A stretch of DNA of 64,000 nt from a virus. Under the pieces are notes generated by a model. That model did no database searches and had not been told where the DNA came from. It was given only the letters and a program-made list of their open reading frames with translations. Below are positions 38,136 to 48,613 of the stretch, in pieces. The stretch is taken from the IMG/VR virus record IMGVR_UViG_3300037104_000796, positions 1 to 64,000 of that record. One strand, 5' to 3'. How positions within the stretch are numbered: the stretch's first letter is position 1; each line of letters begins with the position of its first letter. A program made the translations under genes and the position numbers.

Positions 38136-40919
38136 ATGAAGACATCGCCCGAACTATTATCTGACATACTTGGCGTACTTGGGCAAATGAGTACAAAAAT
38201 GGATGCTGCGAATGCTAAAGGTCCTGCAACCAAAAAAGAAACAAAAGTTACGTTTGGTGCTGCGGGTGTATTAGGAACATTAATGGGACAAAAGGGTGCT
38301 GCAGCAAAAATGGCTGAAGATGTTGAAAAACTTAAAACAGCCATGAAAGGATTTAATCTTGTTCGATTAAATCAAATGATCGATAGTCTTCGAAAATACA
38401 ATGACGTTTCAAAAGAAGGAGCCAGATCTAAAAAAGTTAGTGGATGGGCAATGGCAGCTCAAGATATGGGTAAAGCTCTTGTTTATATCGCAGGCGGAAT
38501 AGGATTGTTTGCAGGTGTTATTGCCGCTTCTGGAGGCTTATTAGGTGTATCGCCTTTAGGTGTATTCGGATTTATTATGGGATCAATGATAGCTTTGTCA
38601 ATAACAATGATGATTATTTCTGGAGGCGACGCAGGTGCAGAAAAAATAGCAGGTTTTTTAGGAGGAAAATCATCAACATTAAAAGCTGCAAAATCTGATG
38701 AAGGACGAAATAAAAAAGCTATTCAGAATGCTAAAGATATGGGTATTGCTCTTATGTTTATAGCAGGTGGAATAATAGCATTTGGACTTTCAATGAAAGT
38801 AGCCGGAGCAGTTTTGGGTATTGGAGCCTTATTAGTTCCTGTAGCCATAATGGCAGTGATAGGAGTTTTAGGTTTAACAATGTTAGGATTAGCAGAATTA
38901 ACTGGTATGGGTGATAAAGCTGGAGCCGGAACAGGAAAAAATAAAGGCAAATCCAAAGATGCAATACAAAATGCAAAAGATATGGGACTTGCTCTTATGT
39001 TTATAGCAGGTGGAGTAGTAGCATTCGCAATTGGTATGGCATTAGTTCCTGTTATTTTGAAAAAAACTTCGGTATTGTTAGCAATGGGAGAAATAGTGTT
39101 AATCATTGGTGGAATGGCTGCTTTAATTGGCATATTAGGATTAGCACAAAGATTTATACAACCCGGAATTGCAGTCGCCAAAGGAATTGGAGTTGCTTTA
39201 TTAATTTTATCAGCCGGTGTATTTGTAGTTGCTCTTACATCAAAACTTTTACTTGAAATGTTTAAAGGTTCGAAAACAGTCACTGATGAACATGGTAAGA
39301 AAACAAAAGAAAGAGGTGGACCGCTCGCAGCTATCGGGAATGCTGCAGCAGGATTAGGCATATTTGGTTTATTTGTTGCAGGTTTAGGTGCTCTTTTATG
39401 GGTAATGGGTCTTCCAATTATTTCAGGACCAATTGCTTTAGGTTCTCTTGCTTTAATAGGAATGGCATTTAGTTTAATAATGACTGCTGTAGCTATTAAA
39501 AAAGTTACCGATGTAATGAAAACTATGGACGTAAAAACTATTAAGACAAATGTGTCAGATATGGTTGGTGGAGTAATGAGTGGAGTAATTGAAGGTGTAA
39601 TGGGTTCTGGAGTTGATAAAAATAATGATGGAAAAATAAGTATAAAAGAAGTAATGCAATTCAGAAGAGTTACGAGAATGGTTCGTATGCTTGGAACAAT
39701 TTCATCTTCAATATCAAAATTTGCAGATGGTCTTAGAGCTTTTGCAAAACTTGGCGAAATTGCTTCTTTGGAATATGAATATAATGAAGATGGAACTGTT
39801 AAGAAAGCAAAAATTGGTGAAGGTGGAAAAATACATGTTAAAGAAATAGCGCAATCAATTGCAGATACATTTGGATTGTTTATCAAAACTTTAGTTACAA
39901 GTACTGAAGGAATGACCAGAAAACAAGCTCGATCATTAAAGATTTTAGGAAAAGCTTTAACAGGTGATAGAGGTTTAATTTCAGGTGTAAGTCAATTTGC
40001 TTCTGTATTGAAACAATTTGCAGAATTTGGTGCTGAAGGAAGTATATGGGTACCACCTCAATATGAAGATGAAAAACAAACAAAAGTTAGAAAAGGAACA
40101 GGTGAAAGCGTTCCAATAACAGTTATTGTTAAAAATATTGTTGATTCATTTGGAAAATTTGTATCAGAAATTGCTTCTCATGCTTCTGATTTTGAAGTAG
40201 GTGGTAAAGTAGGAAGAAAGATGCAAAAGTTTACTGAAGCTTTAATGGGTCAAGAAAAAGGATTTTTACGTAGAGCTAAACCAGGCATTCTTTCAGGAAT
40301 AACAGGATTTAGTGATGTATTACTTTTATATGCCGATTATGGCGCTGGCGGAAAAATTCCTAAAAAAGATCCTAAAACAGGCGAAATAATTCCGGGACAA
40401 TTTATTTTAGTAGATGAAGTTGCAAGAAATATGGTAAGTGGAATTACTACATTTACTAATTCTTTAAGTGCTGCTCTTAACGGACAAGACTTAGACAAAT
40501 CAGCCAAAGCAATTGATAAGAAAATGGGTTCATTCACAGATATCATAACTCAATTTGATAAAATGGCTGAATCACAAGAAGGATTAGATAAACTCGCTAA
40601 TTCATTAGGATTACTTGCAACAAATATGGGATTACTTGTAACGAATATGGGTAGTTTAAATACTGATAAGTTGCAATCATTAGCTACTATGTCAGCACAA
40701 CATGCTGTAACTACAAAAGGTATTCCAATAGCTCCAGTAGGTTCTGCTGCAGCAAATACCTCACCGGCTTCATCAGGCCAAGCTGATTGGGATAAAATAG
40801 CAGATAGAATGGGTGACATAATTGCTGCTAAACTTTCAGGTGGTAGAAATGGTGAGTTCAATTTCACGTTTTATGATGGAAACTCAGGCGGGAAACTCGA
40901 AATAAAAGAAAATAAATAA
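38136..40919 (+). CDS. Probable tape measure protein
   Basis: 927 aa, A/G-rich helical with many hydrophobic segments and internal AIQNAKDMGxALMFIAGG repeats, downstream of tube and chaperones. Confidence 0.65.
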   Translation: MKTSPELLSDILGVLGQMSTKMDAANAKGPATKKETKVTFGAAGVLGTLMGQKGAAAKMAEDVEKLKTAMKGFNLVRLNQMIDSLRKYNDVSKEGARSKKVSGWAMAAQDMGKALVYIAGGIGLFAGVIAASGGLLGVSPLGVFGFIMGSMIALSITMMIISGGDAGAEKIAGFLGGKSSTLKAAKSDEGRNKKAIQNAKDMGIALMFIAGGIIAFGLSMKVAGAVLGIGALLVPVAIMAVIGVLGLTMLGLAELTGMGDKAGAGTGKNKGKSKDAIQNAKDMGLALMFIAGGVVAFAIGMALVPVILKKTSVLLAMGEIVLIIGGMAALIGILGLAQRFIQPGIAVAKGIGVALLILSAGVFVVALTSKLLLEMFKGSKTVTDEHGKKTKERGGPLAAIGNAAAGLGIFGLFVAGLGALLWVMGLPIISGPIALGSLALIGMAFSLIMTAVAIKKVTDVMKTMDVKTIKTNVSDMVGGVMSGVIEGVMGSGVDKNNDGKISIKEVMQFRRVTRMVRMLGTISSSISKFADGLRAFAKLGEIASLEYEYNEDGTVKKAKIGEGGKIHVKEIAQSIADTFGLFIKTLVTSTEGMTRKQARSLKILGKALTGDRGLISGVSQFASVLKQFAEFGAEGSIWVPPQYEDEKQTKVRKGTGESVPITVIVKNIVDSFGKFVSEIASHASDFEVGGKVGRKMQKFTEALMGQEKGFLRRAKPGILSGITGFSDVLLLYADYGAGGKIPKKDPKTGEIIPGQFILVDEVARNMVSGITTFTNSLSAALNGQDLDKSAKAIDKKMGSFTDIITQFDKMAESQEGLDKLANSLGLLATNMGLLVTNMGSLNTDKLQSLATMSAQHAVTTKGIPIAPVGSAAANTSPASSGQADWDKIADRMGDIIAAKLSGGRNGEFNFTFYDGNSGGKLEIKENK

Positions 40920-40983
40920 TCATTCTTTTAACAAATACTTAAAACTCTTCAATCTAAGTACATATAATATCTAAACAACAAAA

Positions 40984-41739
40984 ATGAAACAGTACTTAGA
41001 TTTATTACAGAACATTCTTGATAATGGTGTAGAAAAAGAATCAGGCCGTGTGATGTATTATCTCTATATAAAAACGAGTCCTCTTGGATTAAAATATTTA
41101 GGAAAAACAACTAAAGATCCTTTTGTGTATATGGGAAGTGGAAAGATATGGTTAAGACATATAAAAAAACATAACTTAACTTTGAAAGATATACAAACAG
41201 AAGTAGTTTTTGAAACTACAGATGTTAACGCTTTAATTAACGAGGGAATAAAATTAAGTAATGATTTAAATATTGTTAAATCACCAGAATGGGCGAATTT
41301 AAGAGTTGAATCTGGAGACGGAGGAGATACATCAAAATTTATAGATTATTCTAATCCAATATTTCATGAAAAAAATCGATCTGATCACTTAAATGGAATA
41401 GGAAAAACTGAAGAAGAGAGAAAAACTTTATTCAAAGAAAGAAGTCAAAAAATTGATTATGAAAATATACAAAGACTTCAAAAAATAAAAGATAATACAG
41501 ATTGGGAATCTTGGTACGAATCTATTAAAAATCGAAAAACGGATTACGCTAAATCACATGAAAATTTAAAAAAACCTATTTTGGTTATTAATATCACTTC
41601 AAATAAAATAAATGAATACAAATCTCTGAAGGACGCTTCTGAAGAACTTGGAATAAAATCTGAAACTATAAGAAAAAGAATTCAATATAATAGAATAATA
41701 GATGGATGTAAATGGGTACACAAAAATGAAATAAAATGA
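40984..41739 (+). CDS. GIY-YIG-like homing endonuclease fused to a duplicated thyA N-terminus
   Basis: First 22 aa MKQYLDLLQNILDNGVEKESGR match the thyA start; then YLYIK...KYLGKT, YMGSG, WANL..E, C-terminal NUMOD1-like HTH. Confidence 0.8.
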   Translation: MKQYLDLLQNILDNGVEKESGRVMYYLYIKTSPLGLKYLGKTTKDPFVYMGSGKIWLRHIKKHNLTLKDIQTEVVFETTDVNALINEGIKLSNDLNIVKSPEWANLRVESGDGGDTSKFIDYSNPIFHEKNRSDHLNGIGKTEEERKTLFKERSQKIDYENIQRLQKIKDNTDWESWYESIKNRKTDYAKSHENLKKPILVINITSNKINEYKSLKDASEELGIKSETIRKRIQYNRIIDGCKWVHKNEIK

Positions 41740-42770
41740 AACAGTATTTAGACGTATTAAATAAAATTTTAACAGAAGGTGTGGAAAAAGAGTCAGGAAG
41801 ACTTAACATGCCGAATACTATAGGAATTTCTAACGCTTTGATAAAAATGGATCTTAGTGAAGGTTTCCCATTATTGACTACAAAAAAGATGTTTTTGAAG
41901 GGAATAATTTATGAGTTACTTTGGATATTACGCGGCGAAACAAATATTAAATATTTAGTTGATAAGGGTGTTAACATCTGGTCGGGTGACGCATACAGAT
42001 GGTATTTAACATTAATGAAAGGTAGAGTATCATCAATTCTTCCAATTGAAAGTCAAGAACAATTTATAGAATATATTAAATCTGGGAGAAAATTTACAAG
42101 AACAGATGAAAAAGGAAACGTGATATATTCGTTGGGTGATTTAGGTAAGGTTTATGGATATCAATGGAGGAAACAGAATGGTGTCGACCAAGTTCGAGAT
42201 GTGATTGAGGGACTTCGAGACAATCCATATAGTCGTTATCATATTATAGACGCTTGGAACAAAGCAGACTTCAAATATATGGCGCTTCCTCCTTGTCATT
42301 TACTTTATCAATTTATCGTACGACCAATATCACCTGAAGAAAGAGGAAAAATTGGATATGATAAATGGGAATATTTAAGAAAAACTAAACCTAAAAATTA
42401 TGTTGATAGTGATGTTCCTAAATTTTATCTTGATCTCAATATGTATCAAAGATCATGCGATACATTCTTAGGAGTTCCCTTTAATATCGCTTCAATGTCT
42501 TTGTTACTTATGATATTTGCGAAAGTATCTAATATGATTCCGGGTGTTTCAACTTGGATAGGTGGAGATACACACATATATGTTGATCATATAGATGTTG
42601 TTAAAGAACAAATCTCAAGAAAACCTAAAAAATTACCTACATTAGAGATTAAAAAAGATTTAAAAACGTTAGAAGATATTTTAGCGTTAACGATCGATGA
42701 TTTTAATTTACAAGGATATCAATCTGATGATAAACTTTTTGGCGAACTATTTACAGGAAATAAAAAATGA
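41736..42770 (+). CDS. thyA: Thymidylate synthase
   Basis: GFPLLTTKK, ELLW, YGYQWR, MALPPCH, YQRSCDTFLGVPFNIA, GDTHIY. Confidence 0.97.
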   Translation: MKQYLDVLNKILTEGVEKESGRLNMPNTIGISNALIKMDLSEGFPLLTTKKMFLKGIIYELLWILRGETNIKYLVDKGVNIWSGDAYRWYLTLMKGRVSSILPIESQEQFIEYIKSGRKFTRTDEKGNVIYSLGDLGKVYGYQWRKQNGVDQVRDVIEGLRDNPYSRYHIIDAWNKADFKYMALPPCHLLYQFIVRPISPEERGKIGYDKWEYLRKTKPKNYVDSDVPKFYLDLNMYQRSCDTFLGVPFNIASMSLLLMIFAKVSNMIPGVSTWIGGDTHIYVDHIDVVKEQISRKPKKLPTLEIKKDLKTLEDILALTIDDFNLQGYQSDDKLFGELFTGNKK

Positions 42771-42774
42771 AATA

Positions 42775-43002
42775 ATGCCAATAGATTTTTCAGACACATC
42801 TAAATTAATAGATGAAATAAACGAAATGATTATGAAAGAAGAGATTGAAAACAAAGAAAAAACGGAAATTTGCGTTATTTGCGGAAAAGATACAGGAGTT
42901 CCTGTTAATCAAAATATAGATTTAAGAAAAACATATGTAGAAGGCGCAGGGCAACTTTGCAGTACTTGCTATAATAAACTTTATAATCCTAAATTAACAT
43001 AA
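42775..43002 (+). CDS. Small Zn-binding phage protein
   Basis: EICVICG...YVEGAGQLCSTCY. Confidence 0.65.
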   Translation: MPIDFSDTSKLIDEINEMIMKEEIENKEKTEICVICGKDTGVPVNQNIDLRKTYVEGAGQLCSTCYNKLYNPKLT

Positions 43003-43005
43003 TAT

Positions 43006-43728
43006 ATGAATAAATTTCATTATGTTTATATTACTACAAATTTAATTAACGGGCATCAATATGTTGGAGATAGAACTTGTAATTGTGAACCCGAAAAAGA
43101 TGCATATTTAGGAAGTGGCAAATTATTTACAAAAAAGAAAAAGGAATATGGAATTCAGAATTTTAAAAAAGAGATATTGGAATTATTTGAAACAAAAGAA
43201 AAAGCATTTAATGCTCAAGAAAAATATATCATTCACTATAATACTTTAATACCAAATGGATATAATATAAGTCCTAAGGGTGGATATGGTGTGCCGGGAT
43301 CATTTTTACATGAAGAAACAAAGAAAAAAATAAAAACATCTAATAAAGGAAAACATAAAGAACAAATTAAACTTAATAACAAAAAATATAAAAAAGGAAA
43401 AAATTATGAAGAACAAATGATTAATACTTATGGAGAAGAAAAAGGAAAAATAAAAGCGGTAGAATATCATAAAAAAATATCGGAAAAAACATCAAAAGAA
43501 AATAATGGTATGTTTGGAAATGGATATTTAATAACAGGAGAAAATAATGGTATGTTCGGAAAAATATCTCCAATGAGGGGAAAACAATTTAATATAGAAC
43601 ATAACAAAAAAATAAGTGAATCAAAAATTGGAAAAGAACGAAACACACATCTATGTCCATATTGTAATAGAGAAATTGGAGATGGAAATTATGAAAGATG
43701 GCACGGAGAAAATTGTAAACAAAAATAA
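43006..43728 (+). CDS. GIY-YIG (Seg-like) homing endonuclease
   Basis: YVYITTNLINGHQYVG, YLGSG, GYNISPKGG, CPYC..WHGENCK; paralog of 24880. Confidence 0.85.
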   Translation: MNKFHYVYITTNLINGHQYVGDRTCNCEPEKDAYLGSGKLFTKKKKEYGIQNFKKEILELFETKEKAFNAQEKYIIHYNTLIPNGYNISPKGGYGVPGSFLHEETKKKIKTSNKGKHKEQIKLNNKKYKKGKNYEEQMINTYGEEKGKIKAVEYHKKISEKTSKENNGMFGNGYLITGENNGMFGKISPMRGKQFNIEHNKKISESKIGKERNTHLCPYCNREIGDGNYERWHGENCKQK

Positions 43729-43737
43729 AATAAAAAT

Positions 43738-44568
43738 ATGGGTCGCATAAAAAAATTATGTTATAATATAAACGCTTTTGATGCAAGCGAACTGCTTGAA
43801 ACTATGCTTACAGAGATAAAAGACGAAGTTAATTGCGTTAATGCTATATGGCAAGCAAAATCCTATTGGCAAAATCCTATGGATCCTATTGATATGGAAG
43901 AATTACATCGTTTAAAAAAAATAGGTTTAATTGATAATTTAATTGAATTTAAACCTGATTTTTTGGCATATGCTCGTCAACAAGAAACTGACAAAAGAAA
44001 TATGGGAATTATGTGGGCCAGAGAACATGGATATTCTCATGTGTTATCACTAGATGCCGACGAGCTCTACGACAAAGATCAATTCAAAGCTGCTAAAGCA
44101 GAAATTAATGCAAAAGGCTGGCCAATCACATACTGGAGTTACGTAAATTACTACAAAGATTTCAATCATTATTTAGTTTATCCGTTCAGGCCTTTCGTTA
44201 ATGGAATCCACTCAACTTATTTTACATATACCTTCAATGGTCCAGCTCCCGGACCCACTGATCCAACGAGAAGAATTTTGAATCCGCTTAATATAGGTAC
44301 CTATCTGTTTCCAGATGAAGTAATTAGAATGGCGCATGGAGCGTGGATAAGAAAGAATATTCGTAAGAAACTCGAGAACTGGAGTGCTAAAGATAATTTC
44401 AATAGACAACTTATTGATAAATGTGTACAACAATACGAAAATTGGAAAGAAGGTGATAATGCAGTAATGTTATTCAACGTTCCAGATAATAATGTATACG
44501 TAAAGAAATTGGAAACAAAAATTCATAAATTTGAAGTTCCGTGGTTACAAAACAAAAAAGAGGCTTAA
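43738..44568 (+). CDS. GT-A fold glycosyltransferase (GT2-like)
   Basis: ETDKRNMG...HVLSLDADELY (DxD), MAHxxWIR..IRKKL. Confidence 0.65.
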   Translation: MGRIKKLCYNINAFDASELLETMLTEIKDEVNCVNAIWQAKSYWQNPMDPIDMEELHRLKKIGLIDNLIEFKPDFLAYARQQETDKRNMGIMWAREHGYSHVLSLDADELYDKDQFKAAKAEINAKGWPITYWSYVNYYKDFNHYLVYPFRPFVNGIHSTYFTYTFNGPAPGPTDPTRRILNPLNIGTYLFPDEVIRMAHGAWIRKNIRKKLENWSAKDNFNRQLIDKCVQQYENWKEGDNAVMLFNVPDNNVYVKKLETKIHKFEVPWLQNKKEA

Positions 44569-44580
44569 GCCTCTTTTTTT
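44554..44580. terminator. Bidirectional terminator at the strand switch
   Basis: AAAAAAAGAGGC-TTAA-GCCTCTTTTTTT between convergent genes. Confidence 0.85.
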
Positions 44581-45236
44581 ATGGGTGGATGAATTGATAT
44601 ATTTTTATTTTTATTCTTACTAAGTTTTGGTAAACTTTTTCTACGTTCTTGATCTTTTAATGTAGATTTGGCAGACTCTTCGGGTGATTCATCTTCATCA
44701 TTTGTAGATATTGATTCTCTAACTACTTTTCCTTTTCTAGCTGCTTCAATCTTTTCTTTTCTTCTACTTGGAATATTGTCTGTAGTTACACTTACATCAT
44801 CGTAATATTCAACAGGATCGAAGATAACAAGTTTTGTTGTTAGAGGATCAATTTTAACTGGAAGTTGATTATCTTGATCTAAAACAACATAATATTTTAT
44901 TGCGCCATCATCAGTTTGAGCAATTTTATTTACAATTCCAGTTACATATTTTTTATCTGGAGTAGCATTTGATCTTACGGCGATGCCTCTAATTTTTGAA
45001 CCTAACTGAATTTGTTCTACTTGAGAATTTGCATCAACAGTAGGTTTTTGTTCGAGAGTATGATTGAGAGGTTTAATTTCGTAGGTATACATAGAGTTTT
45101 GACCTCCAAAGTTACTAGCACCGCCAAAACCACCTCTGGTTGTGCCACCTAAGCCACCTTTAAAACTATTCATGCTGAAGCCAGCACCGTAGCCTTCTTC
45201 AATTATACTTTCTCTAACTATTTTCATATTATCCAC
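44565..45236 (-). CDS. Hypothetical protein with MKIVRESI leader
   Basis: 223 aa, Gly-rich segment, second KVVRESI motif near the C-terminus. Confidence 0.65.
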   Translation of the reverse strand: MDNMKIVRESIIEEGYGAGFSMNSFKGGLGGTTRGGFGGASNFGGQNSMYTYEIKPLNHTLEQKPTVDANSQVEQIQLGSKIRGIAVRSNATPDKKYVTGIVNKIAQTDDGAIKYYVVLDQDNQLPVKIDPLTTKLVIFDPVEYYDDVSVTTDNIPSRRKEKIEAARKGKVVRESISTNDEDESPEESAKSTLKDQERRKSLPKLSKNKNKNISIHPPIKKEA

Positions 45237-46893
45237 CCATTACATCTTCACGTTTTCCGAATTTAACATTTCCGAAAGCTTTTCTGAAGATGTCCATTGC
45301 TGGTTTGTATTTTTCTTTTCCTTTAATATCGCCTGTTTCTTGGTGTATGTAAGGATGTGTTTCAACGATTAACCATAAAGCTTTTGCTGCTAATGATGCA
45401 TCACCTAATTTACACCAATACGCAACATAATTTTCAAGTTCCTGCGCAGTTAATTTTTTATCTTTTGATTGTGAACAAGCTGCACCAATTAAAGCGTTAG
45501 CTTGAAGAATATCAAATCCAGTTCCTTTTGCTTTTGGTTTAGGAGCTTTATCAGGATCAGAAAAGATCATCAATATTTCTTTTGGTTTAAATGATTCTAA
45601 TAAAATAAGAAATGCGTTAAATGCTTCAACTGTAGATGAGTGAATTGTTCCAGCCATAACATTTTCCATATCTGATCTTGAAAATACAATATCACCATAA
45701 TTTTGGCATTCTGCAAGCATTTTTGAAAGTGCTTCCCATGTACGAGGAGTTGTGTTAACTTTTACTTCATTATCAAATAGATAATAATGATCTCTGTTAA
45801 AGTCTACGAATGTTAAAATTCTATCATCAATCTTAGCACCTTTTCCCCATTCAATCCATTCATCAACAGTAGGAACAAAATTCCAGTGTTGAAAACGGTT
45901 TGCAAGTGCGGAACCCATTTCAGTTTGACCGCCTTCAGGGTCATCAGTAGTTCTGTTAGATGCAGCAATTATCGCCCATTTACTTCCAAGTTTTCTATCA
46001 CCTACAATTCTTTCGTCAACTAATTTTAAGCAAGTATTTTGTACTTCTGCATTTGCTCTTGAAATTTCATCTAAGAAAATAACTCCGCCTTCGCCATCAT
46101 TTGCGATACTATCTCGTCTTGCATTTTCTTCTGGATCTTCATGAGGTTCGTATGTTGGAAGCCAATTTTTTGGAATATCTCTGGCTTCAATACGTTCTGT
46201 ATTATCTGGTGCAATTATTTTATAAACTGATGGTAATGACCAGTCGTCAGGAGCCATTTTTGATGTTTGAACGTCGATACATCTGTGACCTGGGCCTAAT
46301 GTTTTAATAACTGCTTTTGTAATTGCAGTTTTTCCAATTCCTGGTGCACCCCAAATACAAGGTGACATTAATTTAGGATTTTTTGTTTGTAACAAAATTC
46401 TTTTAACAAGAAAATCTGAACCTACGTTTCTAATTTTATCTGTTCCTGAATAAGGTAATTTAACTGCATCTTCATTAAGTCTTTTAATTACCATATATGC
46501 GAATCTTTTGCTTTCACTTAATCTAGCTAATTTACGATTTGCTTTATTTTTTGCAGCTTGTGCCAAATAATCAGCTTTAATTCTTTTTATAATTTGATCA
46601 CCTGTTTTCATTCCTGCCAAGCCGGGTTCCATTGAAACATCGCCATCATTTGGAATGTATGAAAGAAATTTAGGATTTTTATCTTTGCAAACAACTCCAG
46701 TGTTAACAGGAGGGCTTGCTGGCACTGGTTTATCTTTGTAAAAACCTACAAAGAAATTTCCCACTTTTTTAAAGATTCCTTTAATAAGATTTTTGGCTTT
46801 ATTAAACCAATTAGCTACTACACCTTCGTTCATTGCAGGACCTTCTTTAAGTTGTAAAGTTTCTTCTATTGATTCAGGTACTAATTTTTTCAT
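45229..46893 (-). CDS. MoxR-like AAA+ ATPase
   Basis: WGAPGIGKT, IFLDEISRA, AASN, ALANRF, TPRTWE. Confidence 0.88.
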   Translation of the reverse strand: MKKLVPESIEETLQLKEGPAMNEGVVANWFNKAKNLIKGIFKKVGNFFVGFYKDKPVPASPPVNTGVVCKDKNPKFLSYIPNDGDVSMEPGLAGMKTGDQIIKRIKADYLAQAAKNKANRKLARLSESKRFAYMVIKRLNEDAVKLPYSGTDKIRNVGSDFLVKRILLQTKNPKLMSPCIWGAPGIGKTAITKAVIKTLGPGHRCIDVQTSKMAPDDWSLPSVYKIIAPDNTERIEARDIPKNWLPTYEPHEDPEENARRDSIANDGEGGVIFLDEISRANAEVQNTCLKLVDERIVGDRKLGSKWAIIAASNRTTDDPEGGQTEMGSALANRFQHWNFVPTVDEWIEWGKGAKIDDRILTFVDFNRDHYYLFDNEVKVNTTPRTWEALSKMLAECQNYGDIVFSRSDMENVMAGTIHSSTVEAFNAFLILLESFKPKEILMIFSDPDKAPKPKAKGTGFDILQANALIGAACSQSKDKKLTAQELENYVAYWCKLGDASLAAKALWLIVETHPYIHQETGDIKGKEKYKPAMDIFRKAFGNVKFGKREDVMGG

Positions 46894-46926
46894 AATTATG
46901 ATTTGTGTTATTTTATTTTATATATC

Positions 46927-48597
46927 TTATGTCATATCACCTACAGATGTCTTTATAGCTCTTCCGAATGGTTTTTCCCATTCAAAATTGTCATAAACAA
47001 TCCAAATAAATTTGCCTGAATATTTTGGTGTTGCAGGATTACTTGCAAAACCATCAGTCAAAAATACACAAAGGCTAATTGCATCATGATATTCAGATTT
47101 AATCCAATCAAGAGGTTTTTGGAAGTTTGTTCCGCCACCACCCTTAACATTTTTTGGAAGCCAAATTTTAGATCCGCCATGAGGTTTAATAATTTGAATA
47201 GAGCCTTTATCGACTCCATCATCAAAGAAGATAACTATGATTTCTTTAATTTTCTTTGAGAATATAATTGCGTTTATTTCTCCAATAATCTTTTCAAATG
47301 TTTTTCCACCACCGCCACCACTGAATATTGATCCTGAAACGTCTACACAAACTACAACTTTTTTAAGAGCATCTTTTTTAATTTTAAGACCTCTCTTAAG
47401 ATATTCGTCACTTTTGTATAAATATTTTTTGGCACCAATTCTGTATTCTTTTTCAGGTGATAAAGCTGTTCCTACATATGCTTTTAATATTGACTTCCAG
47501 TTTGATGAGGATTTCAATATTTTTCCAATTCTACTAATCAATGCATCACCTCTGCCACTTCCGGCTTCTTTAGCTTTTTGAGCTGCTTTCGATATTTCCT
47601 TAGCATTTGATTCCCATTTGGCACGTGCATCATCTCCAGCTCTGGCTTCTGCTTCATCATACCCTGATGCTGCAGCAATCTGTTCTCCGGTACGTTTATC
47701 GATAATTGCACCGGCTCTTCCACCATCTATTTTTCCTAACTTACTAGCAAGACCTCTTGCATCTGCCGCTGCATCTTCTTGAGCTTGTTTTTGTTTTTTG
47801 GCTTTTTCAGCTTCTGCACCAGCGCCACCGCCTTGGCCTTGTCCAGGTTGCGGTTTTCCTTGACCCTGTCCTTGACCTGGCTGTCCCTGGCCACTACCTT
47901 GTCCCTGGCCTTGTCCCTGACCTTGTCCTTGTCCAGGTTGTCCTTGTCCGGGTTGTCCCTGACCTTTTTGAGGTTGACCATTTCCGGCACTTGGAGGTGG
48001 AGGTGGTAACTTAGGTGGATGTTTTAAAAGATCTGCATAAATTTGTTCTGCAGGGATATTTAAGTATTGTTTATCATACAAACCATGAATTTCATCTAAA
48101 ACAAACTTATCAGTAAAATCATCTGTTGTATCTACAATAATATCATTGATCTCATAATCTGCGGCTATATTGAATAATTCGTGATCAAAACCTTGACCTC
48201 TTTGATCATGCAATAAAATGCAATGCATAATTTCGTGAATGATAACAAATATTTTACCCATCCATGTAAGTTCTGCAGCAAATTCAGGGTTAACAAATAA
48301 TCTAATACCATCAGTAGCCATTGTTTTTATAATCCACGTATAAATAGTTGGGTCCATATCATGAACATAAGGACGATAAAGTGGAGACTGAGTAACAATT
48401 TTGTATTTTGCTTTCTCCATTTCTTCATGAACTTTCTTAACGTTAATAGTTTTTCCTGTGTATGGAGAAATAGCAGCTTCGCTCTCAACTAATTTAGGAA
48501 TTCCCGCAATTACTTCTTTACTTGCTACTTCGTTAATATTTCCTGATCTTAGTTTTTCGAGAAAATCTTCCAATAAAGGATAGTATTCTTGTTGCAT
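46927..48597 (-). CDS. DUF2201-type metallopeptidase + vWA domain protein (MoxR partner)
   Basis: TMATDG, HEIMH, NIAADYEIN, G/Q-rich linker, DVSGS MIDAS, GGGT, LTDG. Confidence 0.88.
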   Translation of the reverse strand: MQQEYYPLLEDFLEKLRSGNINEVASKEVIAGIPKLVESEAAISPYTGKTINVKKVHEEMEKAKYKIVTQSPLYRPYVHDMDPTIYTWIIKTMATDGIRLFVNPEFAAELTWMGKIFVIIHEIMHCILLHDQRGQGFDHELFNIAADYEINDIIVDTTDDFTDKFVLDEIHGLYDKQYLNIPAEQIYADLLKHPPKLPPPPPSAGNGQPQKGQGQPGQGQPGQGQGQGQGQGQGSGQGQPGQGQGQGKPQPGQGQGGGAGAEAEKAKKQKQAQEDAAADARGLASKLGKIDGGRAGAIIDKRTGEQIAAASGYDEAEARAGDDARAKWESNAKEISKAAQKAKEAGSGRGDALISRIGKILKSSSNWKSILKAYVGTALSPEKEYRIGAKKYLYKSDEYLKRGLKIKKDALKKVVVCVDVSGSIFSGGGGGKTFEKIIGEINAIIFSKKIKEIIVIFFDDGVDKGSIQIIKPHGGSKIWLPKNVKGGGGTNFQKPLDWIKSEYHDAISLCVFLTDGFASNPATPKYSGKFIWIVYDNFEWEKPFGRAIKTSVGDMT

Positions 48598-48613
48598 AAT
48601 TTTTATTTATTTT

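Noticed and set aside
40984-42770. Group I intron in thyA (as in T4 td)
   Set aside because: The downstream thyA is complete from its own ATG, and the HEG fills the interval with no non-coding room for an intron core.
14733-47990. Long antisense or alternate-frame ORFs (e.g. 14733-15116, 38723-39886, 40550-40867, 47237-47581, 47736-47990)
   Set aside because: They lie within well-supported genes and are explained by codon bias of A/G/T-rich or repetitive proteins; no motifs.
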